Shown one piece after another: positions 1-7,839 of a DNA stretch of 64,000 bases. The notes under the pieces are model-generated. The model saw only the letters and a list, made by a program, of their open reading frames with translations. It ran no database searches and was not told where the DNA came from. The DNA is from Waddliaceae bacterium. GTDB taxonomy: Bacteria > Chlamydiota > Chlamydiia > Chlamydiales > SLFE01. Location: NCBI GenBank assembly GCA_963783885.1, contig CAWAPJ010000025.1, forward strand, positions 1 to 64,000. Direction: 5' to 3'. Position numbers and translations under genes: made by a program. Each line of letters starts with the position of its first letter. Positions within the stretch are counted from its first letter, which is position 1.

Positions 1-112
1 TGAGGGTTGTTTTGCCAACTTGGCGGGCGCCGATAATGGCTACGACGGGAAAATAATTGAGAAATCTTTGCATTTTGTTTTCTGCATACCGGAAAATTCC
101 ATTCAAATCCAT
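1..112 (-). CDS. AAA+ ATP-binding protein (AAA_14/DUF4143-type), N-terminal part, runs off the window
   Basis: Manual translation from the ATG at 112: MDLNGIFRYAENKMQRFLNYFPVVAIIGARQVGKTTL, with Walker A GARQVGKT typical of this family. Not in the ORF track. Confidence 0.75.
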   Translation of the reverse strand, partial: MDLNGIFRYAENKMQRFLNYFPVVAIIGARQVGKTTL

Positions 113-172
113 ACTCTGTCTCCGAATTTTACTGGTATCTTATCTTATTTTTCCATTTTTATGCAATAAGCA

Positions 173-964
173 CTAAAAAAACAGCATCCGTATGCCGACT
201 ACGAAAAGGAAGGCCGCAAAGATCTTTTTAAGGGCTTGAATCGGCAAGAGATAGGCGACTTGAGCTGCTCCCCACGAAAAAAAGGGGCTTGAGAGGTTAA
301 TGCCCAGCACTGCCGGCCAGTAAATATAGCCGCTTGTCCATTCTGGATCGCCAGTTTGATAAGTCCCTGTAAAGTAAAATGTTAAGGTTCCAACTAGCGA
401 GACGATGAATGAAAGGGCAGCGCAAATTCCCACCGCTTGGTAGATCGACAGTTTTCGATAGGAGATCAGAAATGGAACTCCCATAGACCCGGCTCCGATA
501 CCCAAAAGAGATGAGAGTGTGCCGATTATGAGAGAAAATGCCCGTGTCACCTGATCGTTGGGTTTTTCTGCTCGGGATTGCCACTCGATGTTAAAAAATA
601 TTTGCAAAGAGATCAGGAGGGCGAAAATGCCCACAGAAATGCTCAGAACTTTTGATTGAAAAAATCCCGCTACGATGCCGCCTAAAATAGAGCCGACGAT
701 AATCCCCCCTGCCATCAGTCTAAGGACAGGGATGACGACAACCCCGTTGCGGTAGTGGGCCCAGGTAGAAAAAAGAGTTGTCGTCACCATTGAGGCTAGA
801 GAGGAACCGATGGCGAAATGCATGAGGCTGCCGGAGGGAAATCCCATATAATAGAAGGTCGTGGAGAGGAGAGGGACGACCACGAGCCCCCCGCCAACTC
901 CTAAAAGGCCCGCAAAAAGACCCGCCAGAGCCCCGATGCCGAGATAAACCAGTAGTAAAATCAT
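173..964 (-). CDS. TauE/SafE family sulfite/organosulfonate exporter
   Basis: 263-aa polytopic membrane protein with N-terminal GLFAGLLGVGGGLVVVP and a second-half repeat SSLLGIGAG. Confidence 0.85.
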   Translation of the reverse strand: MILLLVYLGIGALAGLFAGLLGVGGGLVVVPLLSTTFYYMGFPSGSLMHFAIGSSLASMVTTTLFSTWAHYRNGVVVIPVLRLMAGGIIVGSILGGIVAGFFQSKVLSISVGIFALLISLQIFFNIEWQSRAEKPNDQVTRAFSLIIGTLSSLLGIGAGSMGVPFLISYRKLSIYQAVGICAALSFIVSLVGTLTFYFTGTYQTGDPEWTSGYIYWPAVLGINLSSPFFSWGAAQVAYLLPIQALKKIFAAFLFVVGIRMLFF

Positions 965-972
965 CTTTTACA

Positions 973-1001
973 TTGAAAAATAGTGTTATAACTGTTAATA
1001 T
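973..1001 (+). promoter_or_regulatory. Putative sigma70/sigma66 promoter for the leader-peptide/brnQ transcript
   Basis: TTGAAA (973-978), 17-bp spacer, TAATAT (996-1001), with TG at 993-994. Confidence 0.4.
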
Positions 1002-1046
1002 GAGGTTTATACGAATTAGTTGTACAATTCAAGGTGTGATTTAACT

Positions 1047-1088
1047 ATGCCAAACCTTTTTACCAATCGATGTTGTTGTTGCCTCTAG
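1047..1088 (+). CDS. Cys-rich leader peptide MPNLFTNRCCCCL
   Basis: ATG at 1047 to TAG at 1088, four consecutive Cys codons TGT TGT TGT TGC, SD-like AAGGTG at 1031-1036, ends 43 nt before the brnQ start. Confidence 0.7.
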   Translation: MPNLFTNRCCCCL

Positions 1089-1124
1089 CGGCAGGCTCAT
1101 TCTTAAACAACAACAAAAGAGGTT
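1053..1124 (+). promoter_or_regulatory. SD-sequestering RNA structure (putative translational attenuator)
   Basis: TGTTGTTGTT (1071-1080) is the exact reverse complement of AACAACAACA (1106-1115). AACCT (1053-1057) pairs with AGGTT (1120-1124), which overlaps the brnQ SD. Inner pair GCCT/AGGC. Confidence 0.65.
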
Positions 1125-1131
1125 AAATCAC

Positions 1132-2241
1132 ATGTCAAAAGCAAAAACATTTTCTCCCTTTACAATAGGACTTGCGTTTTTCTCGATGTTTTTCGGATCG
1201 GGAAATCTAGTCTTTCCTTTATTTCTCGGTCAATATGCCGGGGATAAATGGCCTATCGTAACAATCGGATTTATTCTATCGGGTGTGATCGGCCCCCTTT
1301 TCGGGGTTGTGGCTATGGTGGCCTATCAAGGGGATACAAAGAAATTCTTTTCTACGATCGGTAAGCGGAACGCTTTGATTTTTGTTTCGATTTTGATGAT
1401 GGTCTGGATTCCCTTCGGCGCGGCTCCAAGGTGCATACGGGTCGCCTATGAGTCTTTCAACGCGGCTTTTCCCATCCTGCCCCTTTGGTTTTTCGGCATT
1501 TTGTATTCGGCTTTAGTCTACTTTTCTATTGTCCGCAAAAACAGAATGATCGAGGTTCTCGGCTATTTCCTCACACCTGCCCTTTTGATTTGCCTGGCGG
1601 TTTTATGGATCTTTGGGATGATGACAGCGGAAGCGCCGGCCCCTGCAGACCGGACCGCTTTGAATGTCTTTCACATTGGACTTGCCCATGGTTATGAGAC
1701 CATGGATCTGATCGCCTCTTTCTTCTTTTCGATATCCATTATCAGTGTGATCCAGGCGGAAAAAAAATCTGTGGTCAAAACAATGAAAAAGGCTCTTCTT
1801 TCCGGGTTTATCGGCATGTCGGTTTTGGCCTTCGTTTATGCCGCCTTGATTTTTATGGCTTCTCGAAACGCCGCCCTTCTCGCTCCTCTTGCGAAAGATC
1901 AGCTTCTTCCCTTCATTTCCATGCAGTTTTTGGGCCCCAAACTCAGCCTGATTCCTGTCGGGCTGGTCTTCCTTGCCTGCATCACGACATCTGTTGCCAT
2001 GCTTTCGGTATTTGCCGACTTTATCAAGGAAAATTACGTGAAGCGAGGCAAGTCGAACCTTTCGGTATTATCGGGAGTCGGACTTACCTATTTCCTTTCT
2101 CTGATCACCTTTGACGGCCTGATGGTTGTCACAACACCTATCCTGGAAATCAGCTGCCCTCTTCTCATTCTTTTGGGGATCTACAATCTGGCTAAAAAAT
2201 TCTTTTTCAGCCCCTCTCTTGAAGATGTAAGTATTCAGTAG
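1132..2241 (+). CDS. brnQ: BrnQ/LIVCS family amino acid:cation symporter
   Basis: GLAFFSMFFGSGNLVFP and GYETMDLIASFFF signatures; multiple TM segments. Confidence 0.85.
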   Translation: MSKAKTFSPFTIGLAFFSMFFGSGNLVFPLFLGQYAGDKWPIVTIGFILSGVIGPLFGVVAMVAYQGDTKKFFSTIGKRNALIFVSILMMVWIPFGAAPRCIRVAYESFNAAFPILPLWFFGILYSALVYFSIVRKNRMIEVLGYFLTPALLICLAVLWIFGMMTAEAPAPADRTALNVFHIGLAHGYETMDLIASFFFSISIISVIQAEKKSVVKTMKKALLSGFIGMSVLAFVYAALIFMASRNAALLAPLAKDQLLPFISMQFLGPKLSLIPVGLVFLACITTSVAMLSVFADFIKENYVKRGKSNLSVLSGVGLTYFLSLITFDGLMVVTTPILEISCPLLILLGIYNLAKKFFFSPSLEDVSIQ

Positions 2242-2389
2242 AACTCAAACCGCAGATTATGACCCTAATCCGCTGTGAGACATCTCTAGAAAATAATTAT
2301 TTTTTTCATCTTCTTCGTCATTCATGTCAAAAGACATGACTTCCAAGGAAATAATTGAATGTTTGTTTCCCTGTGGAGAAGGAAAGTTT

Positions 2390-3508
2390 TCAACGCCTTT
2401 TGTGTTCTTCGTCGATTTGTTCGGCAAGGGCGAGGTAGGAGTCGTAGCGAAGGGCGGAGAGCTTGCCCTTTTCAACTGCTTCGATGACGGCGCAGCCGGG
2501 TTCGTGTATGTGGGTGCAGTTGGGAAAGCCGCATTCGGGCAGGTAGGGTTGAAACTCTTTGAAGTAAAAGGGAAGCTCCTCTTTTTCGAGATCCCAGACC
2601 CCAAAGCTTTTGATGCCGGGCGTGTCGATGACAAAGCCGCCGAATTCAAGGGGGATGAGGGTGGCGTAAGTTGTCGTATGAGCCCCTTTGCGGGTACGCT
2701 GCACAACATCGCCAATTTCAAGGTCAAGTCCTGTCAGCCGGTTAATAAGCGATGATTTACCAACCCCCGACTGTCCGGAAAAAACCGAAGCTTTGTCCTT
2801 CATAACCTGTTTGAGGTCCTCCATCCCTTCTCCGGTATCCGCGCTGACGGCGATGACCGGAATTTCGGCTTTTTTGTGGGCTTCCAAAAAATCTTCGAGC
2901 AGCTCTTTTTCTCCATCGCCCCCGAGCAAATCGATTTTGTTGACGACGACGATCGGCGCCATGTTCCCTTTTTCCGCGGCGATAATATAGCGGTCGACAA
3001 GAGGCGGTTTCAAAGGGGGATTGACAACGGAGGCTGTAATAAGAACCTGGTCGATATTGGCGGCGATGAGCTGCTGTTTTTTGTGGGAGATGGTTTCGGC
3101 TCTGGAAAGAGTGGATTTTCGGGGCTGAACGTAGTGGATAAACCCCTCTTTTTCATGGGTGGGTTCGAAAAGGACGAAGTCGCCGACAGTCACAAGGTTT
3201 TTATATTGGGTTTTTGTCTTTTTTAAGAGTCCCCGGAGCTGGCAAAGATACTGCTTTCCCTTTTCGTCAACGATAATCCCTTCGGATTTGATGGAGATCA
3301 CGCGACCCCGCTTAAGCTTTTCCCTGTCGAGCTTAGAGAGGATTTCTTTGGAAAGATCCTCCTGGAATTTTTCAAAATCGGTTTTTTTATACTTGGAGCG
3401 GTCTTTGGCCTCGGCTCGTTTTCTCTGCTGTTTGGAAGTTTTTTTGTCCTTGCGGTAAAACTCTTCCTCGAGATGGCCGGCATCGATTTTTTTCTTCTTT
3501 TTCTTCAT
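2390..3508 (-). CDS. rsgA: Ribosome small subunit-dependent GTPase A
   Basis: Circularly permuted GTPase motifs NKID, GQSGVGKSS, HTTT, DTPG, plus the C-terminal CGFPNCTHIHEPGC zinc site. Confidence 0.95.
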   Translation of the reverse strand: MKKKKKKIDAGHLEEEFYRKDKKTSKQQRKRAEAKDRSKYKKTDFEKFQEDLSKEILSKLDREKLKRGRVISIKSEGIIVDEKGKQYLCQLRGLLKKTKTQYKNLVTVGDFVLFEPTHEKEGFIHYVQPRKSTLSRAETISHKKQQLIAANIDQVLITASVVNPPLKPPLVDRYIIAAEKGNMAPIVVVNKIDLLGGDGEKELLEDFLEAHKKAEIPVIAVSADTGEGMEDLKQVMKDKASVFSGQSGVGKSSLINRLTGLDLEIGDVVQRTRKGAHTTTYATLIPLEFGGFVIDTPGIKSFGVWDLEKEELPFYFKEFQPYLPECGFPNCTHIHEPGCAVIEAVEKGKLSALRYDSYLALAEQIDEEHKRR

Positions 3509-4215
3509 AAAATATACATCAGGATACCACCTGCCACAGCAACATTCAAGGATTCCATGGTTTTCGACATGGGAAGAGAGACCGGCTGTCCGAGGGTGGT
3601 TAATTCCTCGGAAACCCCTTTTGCTTCGCTTCCAAGTATGAGCAGCCGTTTTTCAGAGGGTTTCACTTTTTCGGGAGGGACTCCGGCAAGGTCTGCGATC
3701 AGGATCTGGAAATCGTTTTTTTTGCAAAAAGCGGTGAAGTCATCGAGCTTTCCCAGGGTATAAGGGAGTCTGAATGTCGCTCCTTTGGCGGCTCGAAGGG
3801 CCTTTTCGTTGAAGGGGTCGCAGCAGCTCGCCAGCAGATAAATTCCCTCCCATCCGAAGGCAAGAGATGTACGGAGCAGGGTTCCAAGATTTCCGGGGTC
3901 GTTGATCCCGTCGAGAACCAGAATTTTACTTTTCGTTTCCAATGAAGATTCCGGCGGCATTTCCGCAATGGCTAAAATTCCTTCGGGATTTTTTGTGCGG
4001 GAAATTTTCTTCATGACAGTTTCGGTAACAAGAAAAATTTCATCTGCCTCAAGGGATTTCGGAATGAGAGCCTTATCGACAGCGAGGAGTGTTTTGACAG
4101 TTTCCATCTCGCGGATGATTTTGATTCCCTCAACGACCACTTCCCGGTGCTCGTAGCGGTATGGACGTTTGTCTTGAAGTTTGACAATATGTTTGACCAA
4201 GCGGTTTTTAATCAT
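3505..4215 (-). CDS. TrmH/SpoU family RNA methyltransferase
   Basis: LDGINDPGNLGTLLRT, ILGSEAKGVS and ESLNVAVAGGI SPOUT motifs. Start set at ATG 4215; the ORF track extends to 4305. Confidence 0.9.
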   Translation of the reverse strand: MIKNRLVKHIVKLQDKRPYRYEHREVVVEGIKIIREMETVKTLLAVDKALIPKSLEADEIFLVTETVMKKISRTKNPEGILAIAEMPPESSLETKSKILVLDGINDPGNLGTLLRTSLAFGWEGIYLLASCCDPFNEKALRAAKGATFRLPYTLGKLDDFTAFCKKNDFQILIADLAGVPPEKVKPSEKRLLILGSEAKGVSEELTTLGQPVSLPMSKTMESLNVAVAGGILMYIL

Positions 4216-5428
4216 GCGCCAGATTCCAGAGATTTGTCTTTTTGAGGCTGTCGATGACCTCCTTTGTGGTGTGGAGCTTTTCATCGATAGCGACCCTTTC
4301 GGCAAGCTTTAGAAGTTCTCCCATGCGCTTGCCCGGTTTTATTCCTTCCTGCATCAGGTCTTTTGAGGCGACGACAGGAGTCTTTTCTATGATTCTGTTG
4401 ATGTGGGGAAGAAGCCCCTGCTTTCGCATCCGATGCTCTTTGAGAAAGGAATCGGGCTTTTCTTGTTTTGCTGCCAGGATTTTTAGGCAAAGGTCGGAAT
4501 CCGGGTGGGCGTAAACATGGCTCCAGTCATAGGCGTCGGGCTTTTCCAAATGTTCAATATCATAGAGGAATTGAGCGAATCTAAGATCCCGTTTGCTTGT
4601 TTTCAATTTGCGGCATAAATCTTCGACCTCTTCTCGATTGATATCGGGAAAGAGCTGGAGGAGATAGGCGATTGTCGGAGCTTTTTCGGGCATTTTGCGA
4701 AAAGATGCAGTTCGTTCTTTGATTTCGTTTAAGTGAACATTTTGAAGCCAGGGAAAGATTATGCTCAAAAGCCCAAGCCGGTGCATTTCGACAAGCGCCC
4801 AGTCAAACGAAGGATAAGCAGCCATTTTATTAAATTCCTGCCAAATCCTTTCAATTGAAACGGCAGGAAATAGGGATTCGGCATTGGCGACTATTGCGTT
4901 TTCAGTTTCCGGGTCGATGTGGAAGCCGAAGCGGCATGCGAAACGGACAGCCCGGACCATTCTTAAACGGTCTTCAAAAAAACGTTCGTACGGATCGCCG
5001 ATTGTACGGATCATCCCCCGACTTAAATCTTCCTTTCCGCCGACAAAATCTAAAATCCTCTCATTCAGCGGATCGTAAAACATGCCGTTGATGGTAAAAT
5101 CGCGCCTTTTGGCATCTTCTTCGGGAGTGGAAGGTTCGACGGCCGTCGGTGAGCGCCCATTTTCATAGCCGATATCCTTTCTGAATGTGGCGATTTCGAA
5201 AGCGCGGCCTTTTTCATGAATGATGACAACGCCGAAGGCAATGCCGACAGTGACAGTTTTCGGAAACAGCCCGACAATCGTTTCAGGCTCTGCGTCAGTG
5301 GCAATATCGATATCGTCTGAGGGGTGCCCGAGCAAAAAATCGCGGACGCAGCCCCCCGCAAAATAGGCCGTATGCCCTTCATCGACCAATTTTTGCACAA
5401 TTTTAGTTGCTATTTCTTTGGTGACCAT
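4208..5428 (-). CDS. cca: CCA-adding tRNA nucleotidyltransferase / poly(A) polymerase family
   Basis: AGGCVRDFLLG, DIDIAT, RRDFTINGM and EDRLRMVRAVRF motifs. Start uncertain (5428-5467). Confidence 0.88.
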   Translation of the reverse strand: MVTKEIATKIVQKLVDEGHTAYFAGGCVRDFLLGHPSDDIDIATDAEPETIVGLFPKTVTVGIAFGVVIIHEKGRAFEIATFRKDIGYENGRSPTAVEPSTPEEDAKRRDFTINGMFYDPLNERILDFVGGKEDLSRGMIRTIGDPYERFFEDRLRMVRAVRFACRFGFHIDPETENAIVANAESLFPAVSIERIWQEFNKMAAYPSFDWALVEMHRLGLLSIIFPWLQNVHLNEIKERTASFRKMPEKAPTIAYLLQLFPDINREEVEDLCRKLKTSKRDLRFAQFLYDIEHLEKPDAYDWSHVYAHPDSDLCLKILAAKQEKPDSFLKEHRMRKQGLLPHINRIIEKTPVVASKDLMQEGIKPGKRMGELLKLAERVAIDEKLHTTKEVIDSLKKTNLWNLAHD

Positions 5429-5554
5429 ACCCTTATGATACACTGGCGGGTATTTTTCCATGTGCAATTTTCATACTTTCATAAAAAGAAGAGACTTTGA
5501 TATAGTTCCTCTATGTTTTTTTCTAAATTATACAAGATTTTAGGTATTTAGTTT

Positions 5555-6187
5555 ATGGAAAACTTAGCATTAATTGAAGGGAGCAGCACAAGCGCAGGCC
5601 TGCTAATTGCGATTGGCGCTCAGAATGCCTACGTTCTCAAACAAGGCATTCTTAAAAATTATGTTTTTACAACTGCGCTTTTTTGCTCTGTTGTTGATGC
5701 AATTTTGATTTCTATAGGCGTAGGTGGCGTTGGGGATCTCATTTCGATGAATCGAGTGGCGCTCTACATTGCCGCATGGGGTGGGGCTGCTTATCTTTTT
5801 TGGTATGGTTTTAGGGCATTTAAATCCTCTTTGAGCTCTGAGGGACTGCAAGTCAGTCAAGATAATCCGATGGTAAAACCTTCTTTTAATCAGACATTGC
5901 TGACCCTTGCCGCAGTTTCATTGTTGAACCCTAATGTGTATTTGGATACTGTTGTTCTGCTTGGCACCATTTCTTCGCAATTTTGCTTTCAAGATCGCAT
6001 TTATTTTGCGATTGGGGCGATAGCTACATCTTTTATTTGGTTTTTCAGCATTACATATGGAGCGCGGTTCCTCGCGCCTTTGTTTGAAAAGCCGGCCGCC
6101 TGGAAAATCCTGGATTTTTTTATCGGATGTATCATGTGGAGCATCGCCGCTTCTTTGATTCTCAATATTGATAAGCAATGCAGTTAA
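5555..6187 (+). CDS. argO: LysE/ArgO family basic amino acid exporter
   Basis: LLIAIGAQNAYVLKQG and LLNPNVYLDTVVLLG motifs, plus a C-terminal WKILD..IG..MW segment. Confidence 0.85.
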   Translation: MENLALIEGSSTSAGLLIAIGAQNAYVLKQGILKNYVFTTALFCSVVDAILISIGVGGVGDLISMNRVALYIAAWGGAAYLFWYGFRAFKSSLSSEGLQVSQDNPMVKPSFNQTLLTLAAVSLLNPNVYLDTVVLLGTISSQFCFQDRIYFAIGAIATSFIWFFSITYGARFLAPLFEKPAAWKILDFFIGCIMWSIAASLILNIDKQCS

Positions 6188-6198
6188 AGGAGTAACAA

Positions 6199-6933
6199 AT
6201 GAGTCCCGATTCCTACTTGAAATTTGCTGATCGGAAATTGATTTCAGTAAATGAAAATAGCACGCCGTCCCAAAAGGCCTTTCATATTCATTCGCAATTA
6301 CGTTCGATGGTCATGAGCAGACATTTTCCTTGCTCGGGAGCGAAGACTGCGTTTAGCCAGGGAACTTACCGCTATGGTGTTTTTCAAAAAATGGGTGAAC
6401 AAGCTTCGACAAGGGAACTTGGCTCTGCCCTAAAGGCATTTATCAAAGAACGCCCCAATCTCAACATCGGCTACAATACGTTTATTGCCTCATTTTTGGA
6501 AAAGCCTCCTGGCTCATCTTTGGAATTTACGGAAATGCTTTGGCATCAGCTCCAGGTGCTTCACGACATTGATGATGCCGAATGGGATTCGGCAGTTTCT
6601 TCAGATCCCGAGTCCCCTGAATTTTCATTCAGCTTTGGAGGATGTTCGTTTTTTGTTATTGGACTGCACGCCTGCAGCCCTCGCTACGCACGTCGTTTTG
6701 CCTTTCCGACTTTGGTGTTTAATCCTCACGATCAATTCGAGCTGTTAAGAAAGAAAGGGGATTTTGAGAAGTTTAAAGAGATCGTCAGGAAACATGACTT
6801 TGCCCTTCAGGGTTCATGCAATCCAATCCTTGAAAATCACGGGCTTTCATCCGAAGCCAAACAATACTCGGGCGAACCTCTCGACAGTGAGTGGAAGTGC
6901 CCTTTCAAACACAAAGCAAAAAAAGGAGATTAA
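6199..6933 (+). CDS. YqcI/YcgG family protein (DcsA/GntA-like heme-dependent guanidine N-hydroxylase)
   Basis: FPCSGAK, DPESPEFSFSFGG.SFFVIGLH...PRYARRF..PTLVFN.H.QFE and EAKQYSG segments, characteristic of the family. Confidence 0.8.
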   Translation: MSPDSYLKFADRKLISVNENSTPSQKAFHIHSQLRSMVMSRHFPCSGAKTAFSQGTYRYGVFQKMGEQASTRELGSALKAFIKERPNLNIGYNTFIASFLEKPPGSSLEFTEMLWHQLQVLHDIDDAEWDSAVSSDPESPEFSFSFGGCSFFVIGLHACSPRYARRFAFPTLVFNPHDQFELLRKKGDFEKFKEIVRKHDFALQGSCNPILENHGLSSEAKQYSGEPLDSEWKCPFKHKAKKGD

Positions 6934-6934
6934 T

Positions 6935-7678
6935 ATGACAATGGCAATCAAACAGAATACCTGCGGACTCAGATTAGTTGTTTCGGAAAATGTACAGAAG
7001 CTCGGCATTCTTCATCCCATTGCCTGTCTAATCAAAAATGTCACTGTACAACCGGGGAAAGCAGTAGCTTTGGATGAAGAAATAGAGACCTTAATGGGCA
7101 AAATCGCAACTCAGAGGGATCAATTTCTCAATAAACCCGAAGTGCAGGGATTTCGCTCCCTTTTCAACGCGATGGGATATGCTGATCAAACGCCTGCAGG
7201 AGAACGTCTTTTCGATTCTTTTGCCCAAAGAGGATTTAAACGCATCGACAATATTGTCGACGCCTATAATGTTGTTGCTCTTGAGACTGTTTCGGGTTTA
7301 GGGATGCATGACGCAGATAAATTCCTCGAAGAGTCCAAACCCTTGTATGTTTGGCGCGCAGAAGGGGGGGAAAAGATAATTCCCATGTTTGATAAGAAAT
7401 ACAGAAAAGTCAAAAAAGGGGACATTCTTTACGGAATGAAGGATGAAAACATGGCTCGTCCCATTGCTTGGCTGGGAAAACGCGACAAGGATAGTGATGA
7501 ATTTAAGGTGACTAAAGACACTACTTCGCTTCTGTTTGTTGTCCTTGGAAACGAAAAGACTACCAAAGAATACAACAATAATATTTGCCAGCGCACACTT
7601 GATCTGATCAAACTCAGCTGCCCTGAAGCTGAAATGGAAATGGTTAATGTAGAAAAAGACGGGTCATCTTGTAATTGA
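6935..7678 (+). CDS. Stand-alone B3/B4 (PheRS-beta editing-like) domain protein
   Basis: PAGERL...IDNIVDAYNVVAL....LGMHDADK...AEGGE and KVTKDTTSLLFVV pattern. ATG 6935 follows AAGGAG; the ORF track start at 6764 overlaps the upstream gene. Confidence 0.75.
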   Translation: MTMAIKQNTCGLRLVVSENVQKLGILHPIACLIKNVTVQPGKAVALDEEIETLMGKIATQRDQFLNKPEVQGFRSLFNAMGYADQTPAGERLFDSFAQRGFKRIDNIVDAYNVVALETVSGLGMHDADKFLEESKPLYVWRAEGGEKIIPMFDKKYRKVKKGDILYGMKDENMARPIAWLGKRDKDSDEFKVTKDTTSLLFVVLGNEKTTKEYNNNICQRTLDLIKLSCPEAEMEMVNVEKDGSSCN

Positions 7679-7692
7679 GGATTAACACTGAT

Positions 7693-7739
7693 AGCAATCC
7701 CTCTTTATAACAGTTAGGAATAAAGAGGGAATTGCTTTT
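7693..7739 (+). terminator. Rho-independent terminator closing the argO-YqcI-B3/4 operon
   Basis: Stem AGCAATCCCTCTTTAT / ATAAAGAGGGAATTGCT (one bulge) followed by a short T run. Confidence 0.65.
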
Positions 7740-7839
7740 GCGCTGACGGACTAATTTTTACTTTCTCATAAACAATAAGTTATATTTTTAGCAAATAACA
7801 AAGCTTTATTTTCTTTCAAAATTCGGATATCCTTGCCGT

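Noticed and set aside
2257-2755. ORFs 2257-2727 (-) and 2324-2755 (+)
   Set aside because: Alternate-frame or antisense shadows of rsgA with no motifs. The same applies to most short ORFs nested in the long genes.
5468-5554. Guanidine riboswitch upstream of the argO-YqcI-B3/4 operon
   Set aside because: Expected from the gene families, but the leader is short and AT-rich with no paired ACGR hairpins or ykkC-like stems visible.
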